Below, piece by piece: positions 29,701 through 40,271 of a DNA stretch of 64,000 nt. Under the pieces are notes generated by a model. It searched no databases, was not told the DNA's origin, and saw only the letters and a list, made by a program, of their open reading frames with translations. The position numbers and the translations under genes are program-made. Within the stretch, counting starts at the first letter, position 1, and every line of letters starts with the position of its first letter. The stretch is from Phoronis australis (taxonomy: Eukaryota; Animalia; Phoronida), in contig NMRA01000463.1 in assembly GCA_002633005.1 (NCBI GenBank), positions 252,161 to 316,160 of the forward strand, read 5' to 3'.

Positions 29701-32700
29701 CAAATCGTTGAGACGTACAACTGGGGAAATCCTCGTCCCAAAATTCCAGTTAGACAACCGTCACTATTAGTTGTCCGATCAGAAATGCTGTAGCCTTATT
29801 TATTTGGTAGTACATATTTATTATTTATTATAGTGACATGGCTGCATCGCATATTATAACGCGAAAGCCAATAAATTAATGTGCAACACATCCCCAAGTT
29901 CTTGGGCTTATGATTCATCTGAATATCACTTACACATTTAAACGGTTACACACAATATACGAGGTAATCGAAGTAATTTTTATTGTCTTTGCATGTTGTA
30001 ATCCTTCAAACTGGAGAAGAGATATTGCACCAGCTGATTGTTACGTTGTAAAATGAAAGAGTACAACTGATTTGATCATGCACCCAAGATACGACCAGTT
30101 TAAAAAGTCTGGATACAAGTTACATTGAGTTGATAGACATTTGTACGTGCATTTCTTGCAAAGGGCCTCCAGACTGTGGTTCAAATTACATGTTATCGTC
30201 GACAGTAATGCGTACTGTGTGTAGGCGCTAATGTTGAATAATAAAAGTTTTTAAACATGCGTCGAGTTCTCAATGGCCGGCTTTGACAATTGAATTAAAT
30301 TATGATTAGTCACAACTCCTACAACGCCTCTTTTTTATTGAACATACTGCATATGACACCATGTTTTATCTCCAGACACTTGCCTTTTTAGTCAAGTACT
30401 CCAACTTCAAACACAGGACCCAGCTCTGCCAAAAAAGGAAGCGTTTACGTCTACGCAGAGGCAAGTGGACGATACTTTTACGACAGTGCAAGGTTGTTGT
30501 CGCCGCGTTCCAGTATATTCGGTAAATATTAGAGAAATTCAAAGTATGTACCAAAAACAACATAGTTTTTGCTTTTTGGATTGCATTTTCACTTGTCAGT
30601 TATAGGGAAAGCAGACATTTTTGGTGTTACTTTCAGTAAAATTACGAGTTTAGTTGTCTTACAAAGAACAAGAAACTCTTTAAGTTTCCCTAAAACTCGA
30701 ATTGGTTATACTTGCATCAATACAAATGTCACGTTTGCAGCCCAAGATATTCCCTGCCAGCAATTCACTGGGACATCAGTTAACAGTGTGCTATTCCCAA
30801 CAAAAGAGCAGTAAATGTTTGCGTTCCACGAGAATTATCGGACAATCCTAAATAAAACTAGAACTCGGTAGTTGGGTTTAGCGGTTGTTTGCTCTGCAGC
30901 TGGACGTAAAAAATGGCTGAGATCGGCGAAAACAAAAACACACGAATCACATTCATAGTAAAGCTTCACTGGCTGCTCCCGTGGTCGCTGCGGTGACTGT
31001 TAACACGGGTGACACCTGTTTTGTGGCCTTGTGTCACTAGTGTTTCAACACTTTACATGACAGGTGACAACAGGGCAGAGATGGGAAATGAATACCTGTG
31101 TCATCCTCCTTTAGAAAATGTTTAGAATGTACTTTCACGATCTATGCGTACTGTACATATCCCAGTTCACAATCTGACGATCACAAATGCTTGGCACAAG
31201 CACGATGGGTTTGCCCCGCTATATCCGTTGCGTAAACGAGGAATGGCGTAAAAATAACAAGAACGAATCCACTCCGACGGATTATCATCCCCTGGAGGCC
31301 GTTGAAACGGAACCCCGTGGCACTTGCAAGCTCATGATTGCCCCTGCATCCTGCCTCGTAACAACTCCACGTCATGCTAAACAACACTCTCGAAATCCGG
31401 TGCGACATTATACATGTAAGTCGATAATACTGGCACATATTGTCGCCCCGTCGTGAACAATATGTGTCATGTCACAATGTTTGGCACATGTTGTCGCTCT
31501 ACAGTGGCGTTGAAGTGCAGTTTGCTTTCCACGGTGTTTGCAATATACAATGTAGGTGGATACAATGACAGCGGAACGTACCAATGTGTAAAGCAAAATT
31601 CGAGGCTGAAGTAAGTCGAACAGGGCAAACATTAGGGTTGTAATTGGTGATGACAATGATTGTGATGCCGTATTGTACATTTGTACATTGTGCTTTACTC
31701 TCACTGGTGTTTTTCCGTTCGCCAGAAGTCCGTGACTTGAACTCTATTTAGACCTGCTCCGGGAGCTGGTATGAAAATGATCCAGATTGATCGAAAATCG
31801 AACTGTCTTGGATTCTAATAGTATCTTTTTTACCAGGATTTTTTGTTCCAGGTCTTGTTGTGGTGTACTATTGATTGTGTATATGTACATTAATTCCTGT
31901 TTCAAAATTCGATTCTCATCAACCGCCATGTGATGTGCCCGGTACAAAGCAATTGGGCGGATTTTGGGTGACGTTTTACAAAGCAGCCGTGAAAGTATCC
32001 GGAGAAGTTCGAGTTGTCGGAGTTATTGAAAATGATGTAATGTTGGGAATGTAGTCGCCAAAAAGTGCCCTTTGCTAAACGCGTCAACGTAATAAAATAA
32101 ACATCACCGGAACTGTTTGTATAGCCGGTATTGAAGCCTTCGAATGCAGTGGCCTGTTTACGTATTGAGGCATGAAAAATACATGTACATGTACAGTCTA
32201 TGAGTCGTGTATGCGTCTGCTTGTGACACACACTTGACACAAGAAACGAGTTTTAAAGAGACGTAAATATTTTCTGTTTGGTTTATTCGATTCACTGGAC
32301 TCGTAAAGAAGGAATACATGCAGTTTGCGAGTTGGAGACAAAATCTATTCTAGGGAGCTTGACCGACGCGTAGGCCTTTTTGAAGAATGTGGAGGAGCCG
32401 GACCTTTGTTTGCTTTGCGTACATGTAGCTATTCATTGCATAAATTGCAAAATTATGTATAGTAATGAATTTGTGGCCTTAATTTGCAATGCACATGGCG
32501 TTCAAACTTATTTTCAAGCTCTTAATTAATCAGTGCTATGTAAGCAACAGGATAAATGTTATGAATAGTGGCGTTACCATGGCTTGTTATTACAATGGCC
32601 ACTGATCACTGTTGTTATAGAGACGCCGTTCTGCGTGACGTGGTGGTACCACATGTACGGCCCCAGATATATAGGGAGGTTCCATCTTCGCCTCGTGAAC

Positions 32701-35700
32701 ACCAACGGATTCATGGAGTATCCAGTCTGGTCGTCATGGTCTAGCCAGGGGGACAGATGGGTCAAGGAAAGTGTCCATGTGAATCGAAATGACATCATTC
32801 AGGTATGACTTAATAAAAATATTGCTACGCTCCTTAGCAGTCAGAAAAGTAACAGAACTCCAGCGTGGAGTTCATAATGCGTTTGATCAACGTGTGTCGC
32901 CGTAGTTTACGTGGTGTTGAAAGTCCGTTAAGAGCTGTTGAAGGTTTATGATTATACCAACAGCCAAAGGTAAATAATTTACTTCAGTAATGACTGTTAT
33001 TTCGCATACTTGACGGGATTATTTTTTATATTCTAAAAACCAAGACTGTTTCCAAAATGCAAAAAAACGGAGTATACTAATTAAGCTGAGTAATTAACCA
33101 ACTCGCCAACTAATTAACCCGTGATATCAATTTAATTGGAATCAAAAAAAAAGGAAATCATCCAGAAAGGGAGACGAAATACTAATGACGGACTAAGCTA
33201 CTAACAAAGAAATAGTTCCAGCGATGGATTTAATTGATTACTATCGGATAAAAAAGTATTTTGAATCTGGACTCCTCAAAGTTGTAGGGAAGAATTTTGT
33301 TGGGCACTTTTTCAAAATTATTCATCTTTATATATTAAATAGATGTTTAGTGACGTTTGAATGTCAGTAAAAATTAGGATGCAGTGACATTATAAAAACT
33401 GTGATTAAGTGATTAATTCACCCACGTCTCCGAAATTGCGGACAAGGGTTTTCTCATTGATAGAAATTCAGCGAAGGTATATTGCACGGTGTACAGTACC
33501 TTTGAAATTACTATGGGCCTCTTATTGCATTGGTTGTAGTGTAAGACATTACGCAGCAAGTTCAAAATATAATTAATTTTTCCAACAAGTAAAAATCAGT
33601 GACACCGCTACATGTTCACGTAACGTGTTGTAACGTATTCAAAAGACAACGGAGCTCTAACTTGAATCTGGAAAATAACAGCATCCAGAGGAAAGCGGCA
33701 GGGTTATTTGAAGCAACTGTTCCATAATTGTCAACATTCGAGAAGAAAAAACGGAACAACTTGAGAAATGGGACACCAAGATAAAAAGCAGGACGGCTGT
33801 GGGTATATGCCAAAAAGCCAACTTAGGTTTAATGTTCGCCCCAACATACAGAAACTCCCGACACAGATATTTGTTTAAGAGTAGGCGTAAAATCCCAAAA
33901 GCTCCCTCCCGGGTGTTTTGCATTTTTAAGCATGTGGGAAATGAGGGTGCGACAAAAAACGTGAAACATTCCATTGTTCTTCGAACGTTACATAAGCTCA
34001 GTTGAACGTAGGGTCAGAACTATACAATTGAAAAGCACGCGGCTCGGAAAGTAAATGTCTCCTCTTTCCGTGAAATACTGTGACAACATTTAACTCCCAA
34101 AATATGTTATTGATAAATTCCTAACGTGTAGTGCGGTAAGTTGCCGAATTTTGACCTAACACTGGAGATGAAAAGATATCAGTGGCCAAACTATTCCAGG
34201 CATCCGCCCAGCGTCACCCGTCGGCGAATGCATAAATAAATAATTGAATCGATGGGTCTGCTGACGACTTGTTTTTAAATAGTTATGTTTGCAATTTGCA
34301 ATCTGAGAAAACAGACATATGGAAATGAACGCATGAAATTTGGCTTTATTTGAAAACGAGAGCACTCATTCGAGCAGACGACCGCAAATTCACTGATAGA
34401 GGTCTTTCCCGGGAAATCCGATGGTCACAATTTCTAACTCTACAACCGTGAGCCGACATTCCATTCATAAAGCTACAGCAGTATGATATTCCTTATGGAG
34501 GGCTGCTGCCAAGACTTAAATGTGCGCAGTAGAACATTTTACAGAGTTTTGATGTTGCAAATGTTATTTCCACTACTAATAGACCTTACCTTCCTAACCA
34601 TGTCTAAAATATCATGTCATATTGCATGTCAATAATATAACACACGAAAGCATGCTGCACATCTTAATGGTAACCAGCAACAAATACAAATGTTTAAAAT
34701 AACTTTATAAAGCTACGTGATAACACTTTCGATTTGCTGAGTACACATACAAATCCTCCTTACGTGTACCTTGGGACTTTTGATTGAAACTACAGTATGA
34801 AGTTACATGTATTGTTCTGTAGAATAATACACGACAGGTCATGGTTTTTCTTAGAGTTAACAGGCACTCATTCAGTAAGTAAATGTTTGGTTCGTACATG
34901 GCTGACGATTAAGTAAATATGGCATTAGGAAGCTGGGTACTGCTGTTTTTCCTTGCAAGAGGATATTGCTCTACATCAACCAAGAAAACCGTCGTCTCCG
35001 TCGGCCCTTGACTTATCACAAAAGTTGATCTACTAAGCTCGTGATGTGCAGGGCAGGTCAATTATCCCATTTGAAATATCTTCGGAAACTGGGATTGTTA
35101 ACGTGGCTTAAGCGATATACTATCACGAATTCATTTTCGGATGTTAAAGCTCTTCAATTAAAGTTCGAGAATATTGATTCTAGTGTGATTCTTTTGCGAA
35201 TAAAATACGCTGCTGTGTTTTTGTTTTTAGAATAGAGTTTAGAGTCGATGAATGTATACGTTATTGCCTTCGTTATGGTTAGTTGACGTTTTTTCTGACA
35301 TGGTCAAAAATACCCAGGTCTGCGATTAACAAAACAAAGACGTGCAATTACTCACAACTTTCCATGATAATTTATGCAAAATGGTGATTGCCAGACGTGA
35401 TTCCGATGTCCGTGGCTGGTGTCTTTCGTAGTGATGTCGAGTTTTGCCACCGTGTGGAGTGGAAACGAATGTGTTGTTACCGTGACTTACATAATTAAAA
35501 AAAATGTTTCGTGTAACTTATACTACTTGTGTGGATAAATATGCTACATGCAGAAATTTGAATTTTACTAAAAAAGCACGAAACACATTTTGAAAAAGTA
35601 TTTAACTACCTACACTTTAGAGCTGCCAAGAAGGTTTCTCTGTCAGAATTGTCGGCTGGCACTGCTCATGTCAACAGGAATAGTCACGTGGTTGCTTGGT

Positions 35701-36395
35701 TATTCGTAGCCCTGCTTGAAAGTGTAACAGAGGACTGCAAAAGAAAAATCAGTGTGCCTGTCTCTATCAATCAAACGCAAAACGATATCAATGTAACTTC
35801 AGTGGTGTGTCTTGGTCCAGTATCAGTTTAAATGTCAAACTACTGAAACTTAACACCACCCGGAAGAGGTTTAGTCACGGTATGTCGATCCCGGCGTAGA
35901 AATTTTTTTTCCAGTTTTTCGGGGAAGGAAATGTATAACTTCCCCCACTCTGCGCCTTGGGTTCCTAATAAAGTTGCTTACTGAAAATTCCACTGTGTAT
36001 AGTTATGTACTTTGTTAAGGAAATTAGAAAAGATTCCTTGGCTTGGACATATCAGCAAATGTGATAATGTTTGGTCGTCCAACGCTAAAAATAATTCAGC
36101 GAGACTTGCCAAACTAGGCTTTTGAGCATGCTACCACGCAGTTTCAAAACGCTAACCTTTCTATAACTTGTAATATGGCTCTAACTTACCCACGAACACG
36201 TTAGCAGTAAGGCACCTTTGTCAAATGTTGTATTTTGTGGAAAATTGGCTCATAAAAAGTTAAATCAGTTGCCATCTCTTTCTGTTATGTGTGAGTGCTT
36301 ATTTATTACAGGTAGCGTTCGAAGTCCAAAGATTGTGGTCGTATCAAAGTGACATCGCTATAGACGACGTCCAAATCTACGCGGGATCATGTTAG
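2103..36395 (+). CDS. Multi-exon astacin-family metalloendopeptidase, gene 1 (astacin-EGF-CUB-linker-MAM-MAM); 5' signal/propeptide exons not resolved
   Basis: 17 AG/GT-bounded exons reconstructed by hand, phases consistent except at two CUB exons; astacin signature [19 protein letters not shown] and Met-turn SVMHY; stop TAG at 36393-36395. Confidence 0.9.
3340..3409 (+). CDS. Gene 1 exon: astacin CSS-LG segment
   Basis: tag|A...TAC|gtgagt; (G)CSSFLGRIDRPQEITLNEEGCVY; phase 2 to 0. Confidence 0.9.
4170..4355 (+). CDS. Gene 1 exon: zinc-binding catalytic motif and Met-turn
   Basis: cag|AAA...AAG|gtgagc; [33 protein letters not shown]...YDLESVMHYGLK. Confidence 0.95.
4624..4750 (+). CDS. Gene 1 exon: C-terminus of astacin domain
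   Basis: tag|GCA...G|gtatgt; AFSRNGQPSIKVKRHELSFLAGSRHGLTFYDAKLANIMYNCA; phase 0 to 1. Confidence 0.9.
5062..5184 (+). CDS. Gene 1 exon: EGF-like module
   Basis: DGCTNTCHNHGYAFKTPGGQCVCKCPAFLTGDCNTVDGLTT; six Cys; phase 1 to 1. Confidence 0.85.
7590..7708 (+). CDS. Gene 1 exon: CUB domain part 1
   Basis: DYPSCGGVYKL...IQSPNYPNNYYVGTLCVYVFK, the CUB CGG...SPNYP...C pattern; phase 1 to 0. Confidence 0.9.
8190..8457. mobile_element. Solo LTR
   Basis: TG...CA ends with a 9-bp inverted repeat (TGTTGTGTA / TACACAACA); perfect 5-bp TSD AGGGC at 8185-8189 and 8458-8462; internal AATAAA-type signals. Confidence 0.8.
8780..9500 (-). mobile_element. Decayed Gypsy/Ty3 LTR retrotransposon integrase fragment
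   Basis: Minus-strand GIPRAVTSDNGPQ and CNGQAESAVKIV match rve integrase motifs GIPxxxxSDNGPQF and SNGxAExxVK; several stops and frameshifts; ends approximate. Confidence 0.75.
11054..11178 (+). CDS. Gene 1 exon: CUB domain part 2
   Basis: tag|GCA...AA|gtgagt; APAGTANGVKLTFSDFDVTGSPNNCDHFVQINANLIGQKGVK; phase 0 to 2. Confidence 0.85.
11742..11786. repeat. (TA)n microsatellite
   Basis: Pure TA run. Confidence 0.95.
13013..13064 (+). CDS. Gene 1 probable exon: CUB domain part 3 (one base short relative to the upstream donor)
   Basis: Pyrimidine tract + cag; ICSFHSLTEGDTWSLNL(G) supplies the fourth CUB Cys; weak donor gttgtg; reads phase 0 while the upstream exon ends phase 2. Confidence 0.55.
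13707..13786 (+). CDS. Gene 1 exon: CUB domain part 4 (internal 1-bp frameshift)
   Basis: GEQVVGLEFHKK in one frame and KPTGLGFNATYRTT in another; joined if A7 at 13736-13742 were A8; donor gtaaaa. Confidence 0.7.
15787..15825 (+). CDS. Gene 1 mini-exon: Thr/Pro/Ser-rich linker
   Basis: cag|AA...G|gtaagt; EFTTQPPSTTTSP; 39 bp; phase 1 to 1. Confidence 0.7.
18445..19730. mobile_element. Non-autonomous Helentron-like (HINE/DINE-type) element with internal ~440-bp tandem units
   Basis: 11-bp hairpin at 18454-18478; ACTCTGCGC near both ends; units starting ~18598, ~19042, ~19476; AAG/AAT microsatellite ~19625-19685; terminal hairpin 19703-19728. Confidence 0.6.
20446..20639 (-). repeat. Inverted partial copy of the internal sequence of the TIR element at 25612-27077
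   Basis: Reverse complement aligns by eye with 26770-26950, including an exact block TACCATTTTATGACTTAGCGGGTGAACTTTGGCCAAACAAACATT. Confidence 0.85.
22260..22348 (+). CDS. Gene 1 exon: MAM1 part 1
   Basis: AGQISCSFDEGDLCGWTQATNDDFDWTPHS, the MAM CxF...CGW...DW pattern; phase 1 to 0. Confidence 0.9.
22975..23098 (+). CDS. Gene 1 exon: MAM1 part 2
   Basis: GSTPTRGTGPSGGDKNTRYIYTEVS...ATIFSNYFP; phase 0 to 1. Confidence 0.9.
25612..27077. mobile_element. TIR DNA transposon (apparently non-autonomous) with TA target duplication, spanning an assembly gap
   Basis: Near-perfect ~65-bp TIRs beginning CAGCACACATCACGAATTTTTGGCCGACCGGTCGG; TA on both flanks; many subterminal GCCGACC/GGTCGGC motifs. 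Confidence 0.85.
26591..26737. other. Assembly gap (147 N)
   Basis: Run of N. Confidence 1.
27387..27562 (+). CDS. Gene 1 exon: MAM1 part 3
   Basis: AGDYCFSFKWHMKGKGIGSLTL...GHQGKQWQLSEFDVVARKNTK; phase 1 to 0. Confidence 0.9.
29007..29180 (+). CDS. Gene 1 exon: end of MAM1 and start of MAM2
   Basis: LVITGTKG...NIALDTFVMRPYACPKLPLSCDFEDFTLCSFENDPNADYNWIPWR; phase 0 to 0. Confidence 0.9.
30392..30521 (+). CDS. Gene 1 exon: MAM2 part 2
   Basis: SSTPTSNTGPSSAKKGSVYVYAEASGRYFYDSARLLSPRSSIF; phase 0 to 1. Confidence 0.9.
32621..32802 (+). CDS. Gene 1 exon: MAM2 part 3
   Basis: ETPFCVTWWYHMYGPRYIGRFHL...VWSSWSSQGDRWVKESVHV...Q; phase 1 to 0. Confidence 0.9.
36312..36395 (+). CDS. Gene 1 terminal exon: end of MAM2 and stop
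   Basis: cag|VAFEVQRLWSYQSDIAIDDVQIYAGSC*, the MAM DIAIDD...C pattern. Confidence 0.9.
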   Translation, partial: VAFEVQRLWSYQSDIAIDDVQIYAGSC

Positions 36396-36538
36396 TGGCT
36401 ACATGACCATTCGAAGACAGCCTTCGAAGGTCACTGAATAAGCATCCATCCTTGCCCTTAAGTTAATGCTATCCCTTTGAATTATTCTATGCCACTCGTA
36501 CTTTACATAACAGTTGCACATGTATCTTACTTCATGTT

Positions 36539-36544
36539 ATTAAA
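36539..36544 (+). terminator. Candidate polyadenylation signal of gene 1
   Basis: ATTAAA about 145 bp after the stop codon. Confidence 0.4.
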
Positions 36545-37991
36545 CAGACCTTTCAAGAACAACAAGTGAATTATTTACCACCCGACCTCACCCCGTTTAT
36601 CAAGATGACAGAACAGGGTAGAGTTCAGTAACTCAAGTACATCCGAAGAGAAGAAAGATATTTGCGAGATTACGCGAGACATTGTCATGTATTAAAAATG
36701 AGAATACGTGACTTTGGCTCGATTTTTCCAACTTCGAGACAGATACTGAACTGTACCCAGGTTTGAACTTCCCGGGATCCAGCTTGTTTCACTATAGCAA
36801 ACGACACATACGTCTTGGTCTCTGTTACTTTCGGTTTGGTTCTCCATAGCATTTACACAATACATGCACATGTAAAGCTGGACGAGTCACATAATCAATT
36901 GTGAAGGAATGTGAAACGTTCTGGTGGTGACGACTGACCCAAAAGTATATAGGCAAGCTGTTTTAAGAGAAGCATATGAATAATTTGTGCATACATAACC
37001 GACTCTTACCGAATTTGCACTTTTGTCATCTAGTGAATGCCTTGATTCCTTTGCATGAGCATGGGCAAATCTATGTGCATGTAAATACGGACACAGTTTG
37101 TGAGTGTGGGGGATTGTCACGTTTTTCCCGCGTGTGGGTGGGCGCAGGTTATTACACACTGGTGCGACGATTGACTGATGATTGGTTCGAGTCAATCCTT
37201 TATTAATCCCGACCTACTGTACATGTATGTTCAAAAGGCTACTCAAACAAAACGTCCGACGCAATGTCTGTTCAATGCTCCAGCCAGTGCTGCGAAGCCT
37301 TGACTTTTCATGAACTTCTGAGACACGTTCAGCAACTGTTACACTCGTTGATTCAATAACCTGCTGTCTCTATAGCTGGTTATCTATTGACTATAGCTGT
37401 AATTGCAGATTCTCTTCACTGCAACTCAACTGTAATTCTCCTGATTTACTTTCTTCAACTTTTGAAGAACTCACTTGATCTTACAAACACAAACCCATCC
37501 AAACCTACCGGTTTTTAACCCACCTCAAGGAGCAGTGAACAAATCCATGTTTAAAATACGGAATTGGACTGATAACGCTAACGACAGCCAAGAATTCCTT
37601 TGAAGTGGGCCGACAGCCAAGAGCTCTTTTGAACCGAAGTGACCCAGCAGATGATATAGACGGAGGTAGTAACATAGCGCGAGAACAGACGGTGAATGAA
37701 ACTGCTAAGAGACACTAAATTTTCGGTGCCTATATAAAAAGGTGTTGGATGGTGTGTGACAATGGAACCTCCGCAATCCCTCAAGAACACCTATAGTTTC
37801 AACATTGGTCACGGAGAAACACAGTGGGTAAATACAATTGGGAATCTTCAGTGTCACTTTCATTTTCTACAATAAGGAAAATACATTCAAATAAATTGTT
37901 TTTAGCACTGTCGTTACTTATATAGGGTAAAGTATCTAAAAAGCTTAGTTATAATTATTATTTTATACTTATCCTTTTTGTTTATTTTTTA

Positions 37992-38690
37992 GAACGCATG
38001 CGGTTGAGGAAGCGCGTTTTTCCAGATAAAACGCAAATTGCCTACCTTCCCCAAAAATGAAATAGACCCGTAAGCTATGAGTTACGTCAGTCGAAGTCCA
38101 GCCTTTGCTCGCGTAAGATGCCCTCTGAAAGGTTGAGGAGACATTCGGATACACTCAAACTACTATCCAAGTGTGAACCTATTATCGTCTAAACAGTAAT
38201 TAAACACGCCGACAAAGATCGCATCCATAGTAATTGCGAAGTAGCGGTCAACGAATTGAATGAAAATCTACCACTGACCCCCAATCAAACATCGAAGCTT
38301 CGTAAACACAAAACAAGCCTGCGCACTCTTGTAAAGAAGAAGACGCCTCTGAAAACTGAAAGGCATATTTTACAACGAGGCGGATTGGTCAGAGCAGTAT
38401 AAGCGCTTCTCATCGGTGGCTTGGCAGGAACAATTCTTCCCGGGTTATTCGGTCGAAGGTAAAATGGGGAACGCTAAGAAAATATCTCCCGTTGATCCTC
38501 GTTTATTAGAATCACTCTCCACACCTATATCGCCGCCTACCCTTCCCGTCGAAGCTTTGAGTGGGTTGGACCAATACATGCAAAAATCGTGGAGCGGAAA
38601 GACGTTGATGGATATGAAAAAGAAGACCATCCGCTTGAACATGACGCTTCAAAGACGATTCGTAGCCTTTTACGTAAATAAGCCTCCAGA
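37992..38690 (+). mobile_element. Polinton/Maverick (adintovirus-like) fossil with three consecutive gene remnants
   Basis: 37992-38060 ERMRLRKRVFPDKTQIAYLPQK* (like the packaging ATPase C-terminus); 38118-38462 basic protein with two internal stops ending ...ILQRGGL...; from 38464 MGNAKKISPVDPRLLESL...LSGLDQYMQ/IVERKDVDGYEK; family assignment is from recalled consensus. Confidence 0.7.
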
Positions 38691-38699
38691 AGCATTTGA

Positions 38700-38910
38700 A
38701 CCTTTAAATGGAAACAAAATGGCCGCCACAGCCGCCATCTTGGATCCGATTTTGATGAAAAACAATAGGCTTCCAGTACTTCCGGAAGTACGTGTTGTGT
38801 GTAAATTTCGTGATGATCTGGCGAAAATTGCGATCTGTATCGTGCGAACAAACAAAAAAACTTAGTGGAAGAGCAACATACTTGGCGAAATTTATTTCGC
38901 CAAGTAATAA
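38700..38910. mobile_element. Terminal fragment of a Helentron-like non-autonomous element
   Basis: AAAATGGCCGCC...GCCGCCATCTTGG core, short AAAC repeat, perfect 13-bp stem hairpin TACTTGGCGAAAT-TT-ATTTCGCCAAGTA at 38879-38906. Confidence 0.55.
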
Positions 38911-39239
38911 AGGTTTAGCAACTATTATAGCTTACTACACATTTTATTATGCTAATACATAAATATATCGTCTGCAAAAGTAGGTTACCGCTAGTAACTG
39001 ACTATAATGCTCAAGTCAAAGGATCCTGACCACACGACACCTGCATTCAAGTTGGAGGTCGGTAATTTACAAGTGAGAGAACACGAGAGAAAAATTTCAC
39101 TGAATTAAAAGATCGTTTTTATGGAAATTATGCGTCTTATTTTTCATAGCGTATAAATGTTGGTGCAATGCCCTTTGCTGAACATGCAATTGTTGCGCGT
39201 GCTCATTTGAGTATTCTATTTTCACGTTCGATGACGTCA

Positions 39240-39312
39240 GCCGCTGAGTGGGCTAGGGGTAAATTCGGCAACTCGCAACTCTTGAGGCCGGGTTCGAATC
39301 CGGCCTCGGTTT
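39240..39312 (+). mobile_element. tRNA-derived SINE head or tRNA pseudogene
   Basis: Degenerate A box TGGGCTAGGGG; perfect B box GGTTCGAATCC at 39291-39301 in a GAGGCCGG/CCGGCCTC stem; no full cloverleaf. Confidence 0.55.
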
Positions 39313-39762
39313 CCCGCCAAAATGTTGTCTCACTAGTGAGGTAACTTTATGGCTTATTACACGGTTGTATCTGACTTTCGAGGCTGATATTGTGGTATAA
39401 TTTAAGTTATGTAGCATTTTTGATACCTTTCATACTCGACTTTCGCATGACCGTTCAAATACGTCTTAAGCAACTATATGGTGTTGCATTGAGCCGGTGG
39501 TGTCACGTTTTCAACTTATTGTTGTAGTTTAAGTATGCATGAATGTCTGCAGAAAGGAAACTCATTCCTATACATGTAAACCAGTATCGTGATAAAAACG
39601 TCAAAGGACTCTGCAATTAGGATTCCCGGAAAAACACTTGCAGTCCAACTTACTACACAGATTGAAATAACTGAGATTTGTTTGATTCTATGACACCAAC
39701 CACGTAAATTTAACAGCTTCAAACTTCAAAATAATACCTACTGCTGCGGCGACTTCGTTATT

Positions 39763-40271
39763 GGGGAAAGTGTCGGTGGAAAAATACAAGCGTAAATATG
39801 TACATTGCGCAATTATTTACGTCGTTCATTACGCTGTGAAATTACAAGCGTAATTTAATTTTTATGGCGTAAAATTACGCTCGTGATTTTAGTTTAAACT
39901 CGACAATTAAATTTGGTTGTACAAACTCGCGGTCCCAAGCGCTCATGTAAATACTTATTTACTGACAGGTTCTATAGCTACGCTAGTAGTGCTGAATCAT
40001 GACGAATCAAATCACGGCTGCATGTCATTTACAATTCGCTGCACGTCCAACAGAAAGTCATTTCCATGTCCATCCGTAGCCATATTACTTTTTCGTGTAC
40101 GTTAGGTTAGCACTGATTGATTTAAATTTGAAACGTTCTTAAGGAATTTTTTTACCGTAATTTACGACTACATTTCCCACATTTAATTTACGAACGTAAT
40201 TTTACTGCAACACTTTTGCAATTTAATTTACGCTCGTAATTAAGAGCGTAATTTTACGGCGACACTTCCCC
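39763..40271. mobile_element. Old MITE
   Basis: Imperfect TIR GGGGAAAGTGTCG / CGACACTTCCCC with subterminal AATTACG/CGTAATT motifs at both ends. Confidence 0.55.

Noticed and set aside
31181-31704. Cys/His-rich minus-strand ORFs resembling a piggyBac C-terminal domain
   Set aside because: Spacing is unconvincing and no transposase core or TTAA-flanked ends were found
38416-38865. 149-aa ORF as a real gene
   Set aside because: Chimeric read-through from a frameshifted Polinton-like remnant into a non-coding repeat
39240-39312. Functional tRNA gene
   Set aside because: B box is good but acceptor and anticodon stems do not form; treated as a SINE head
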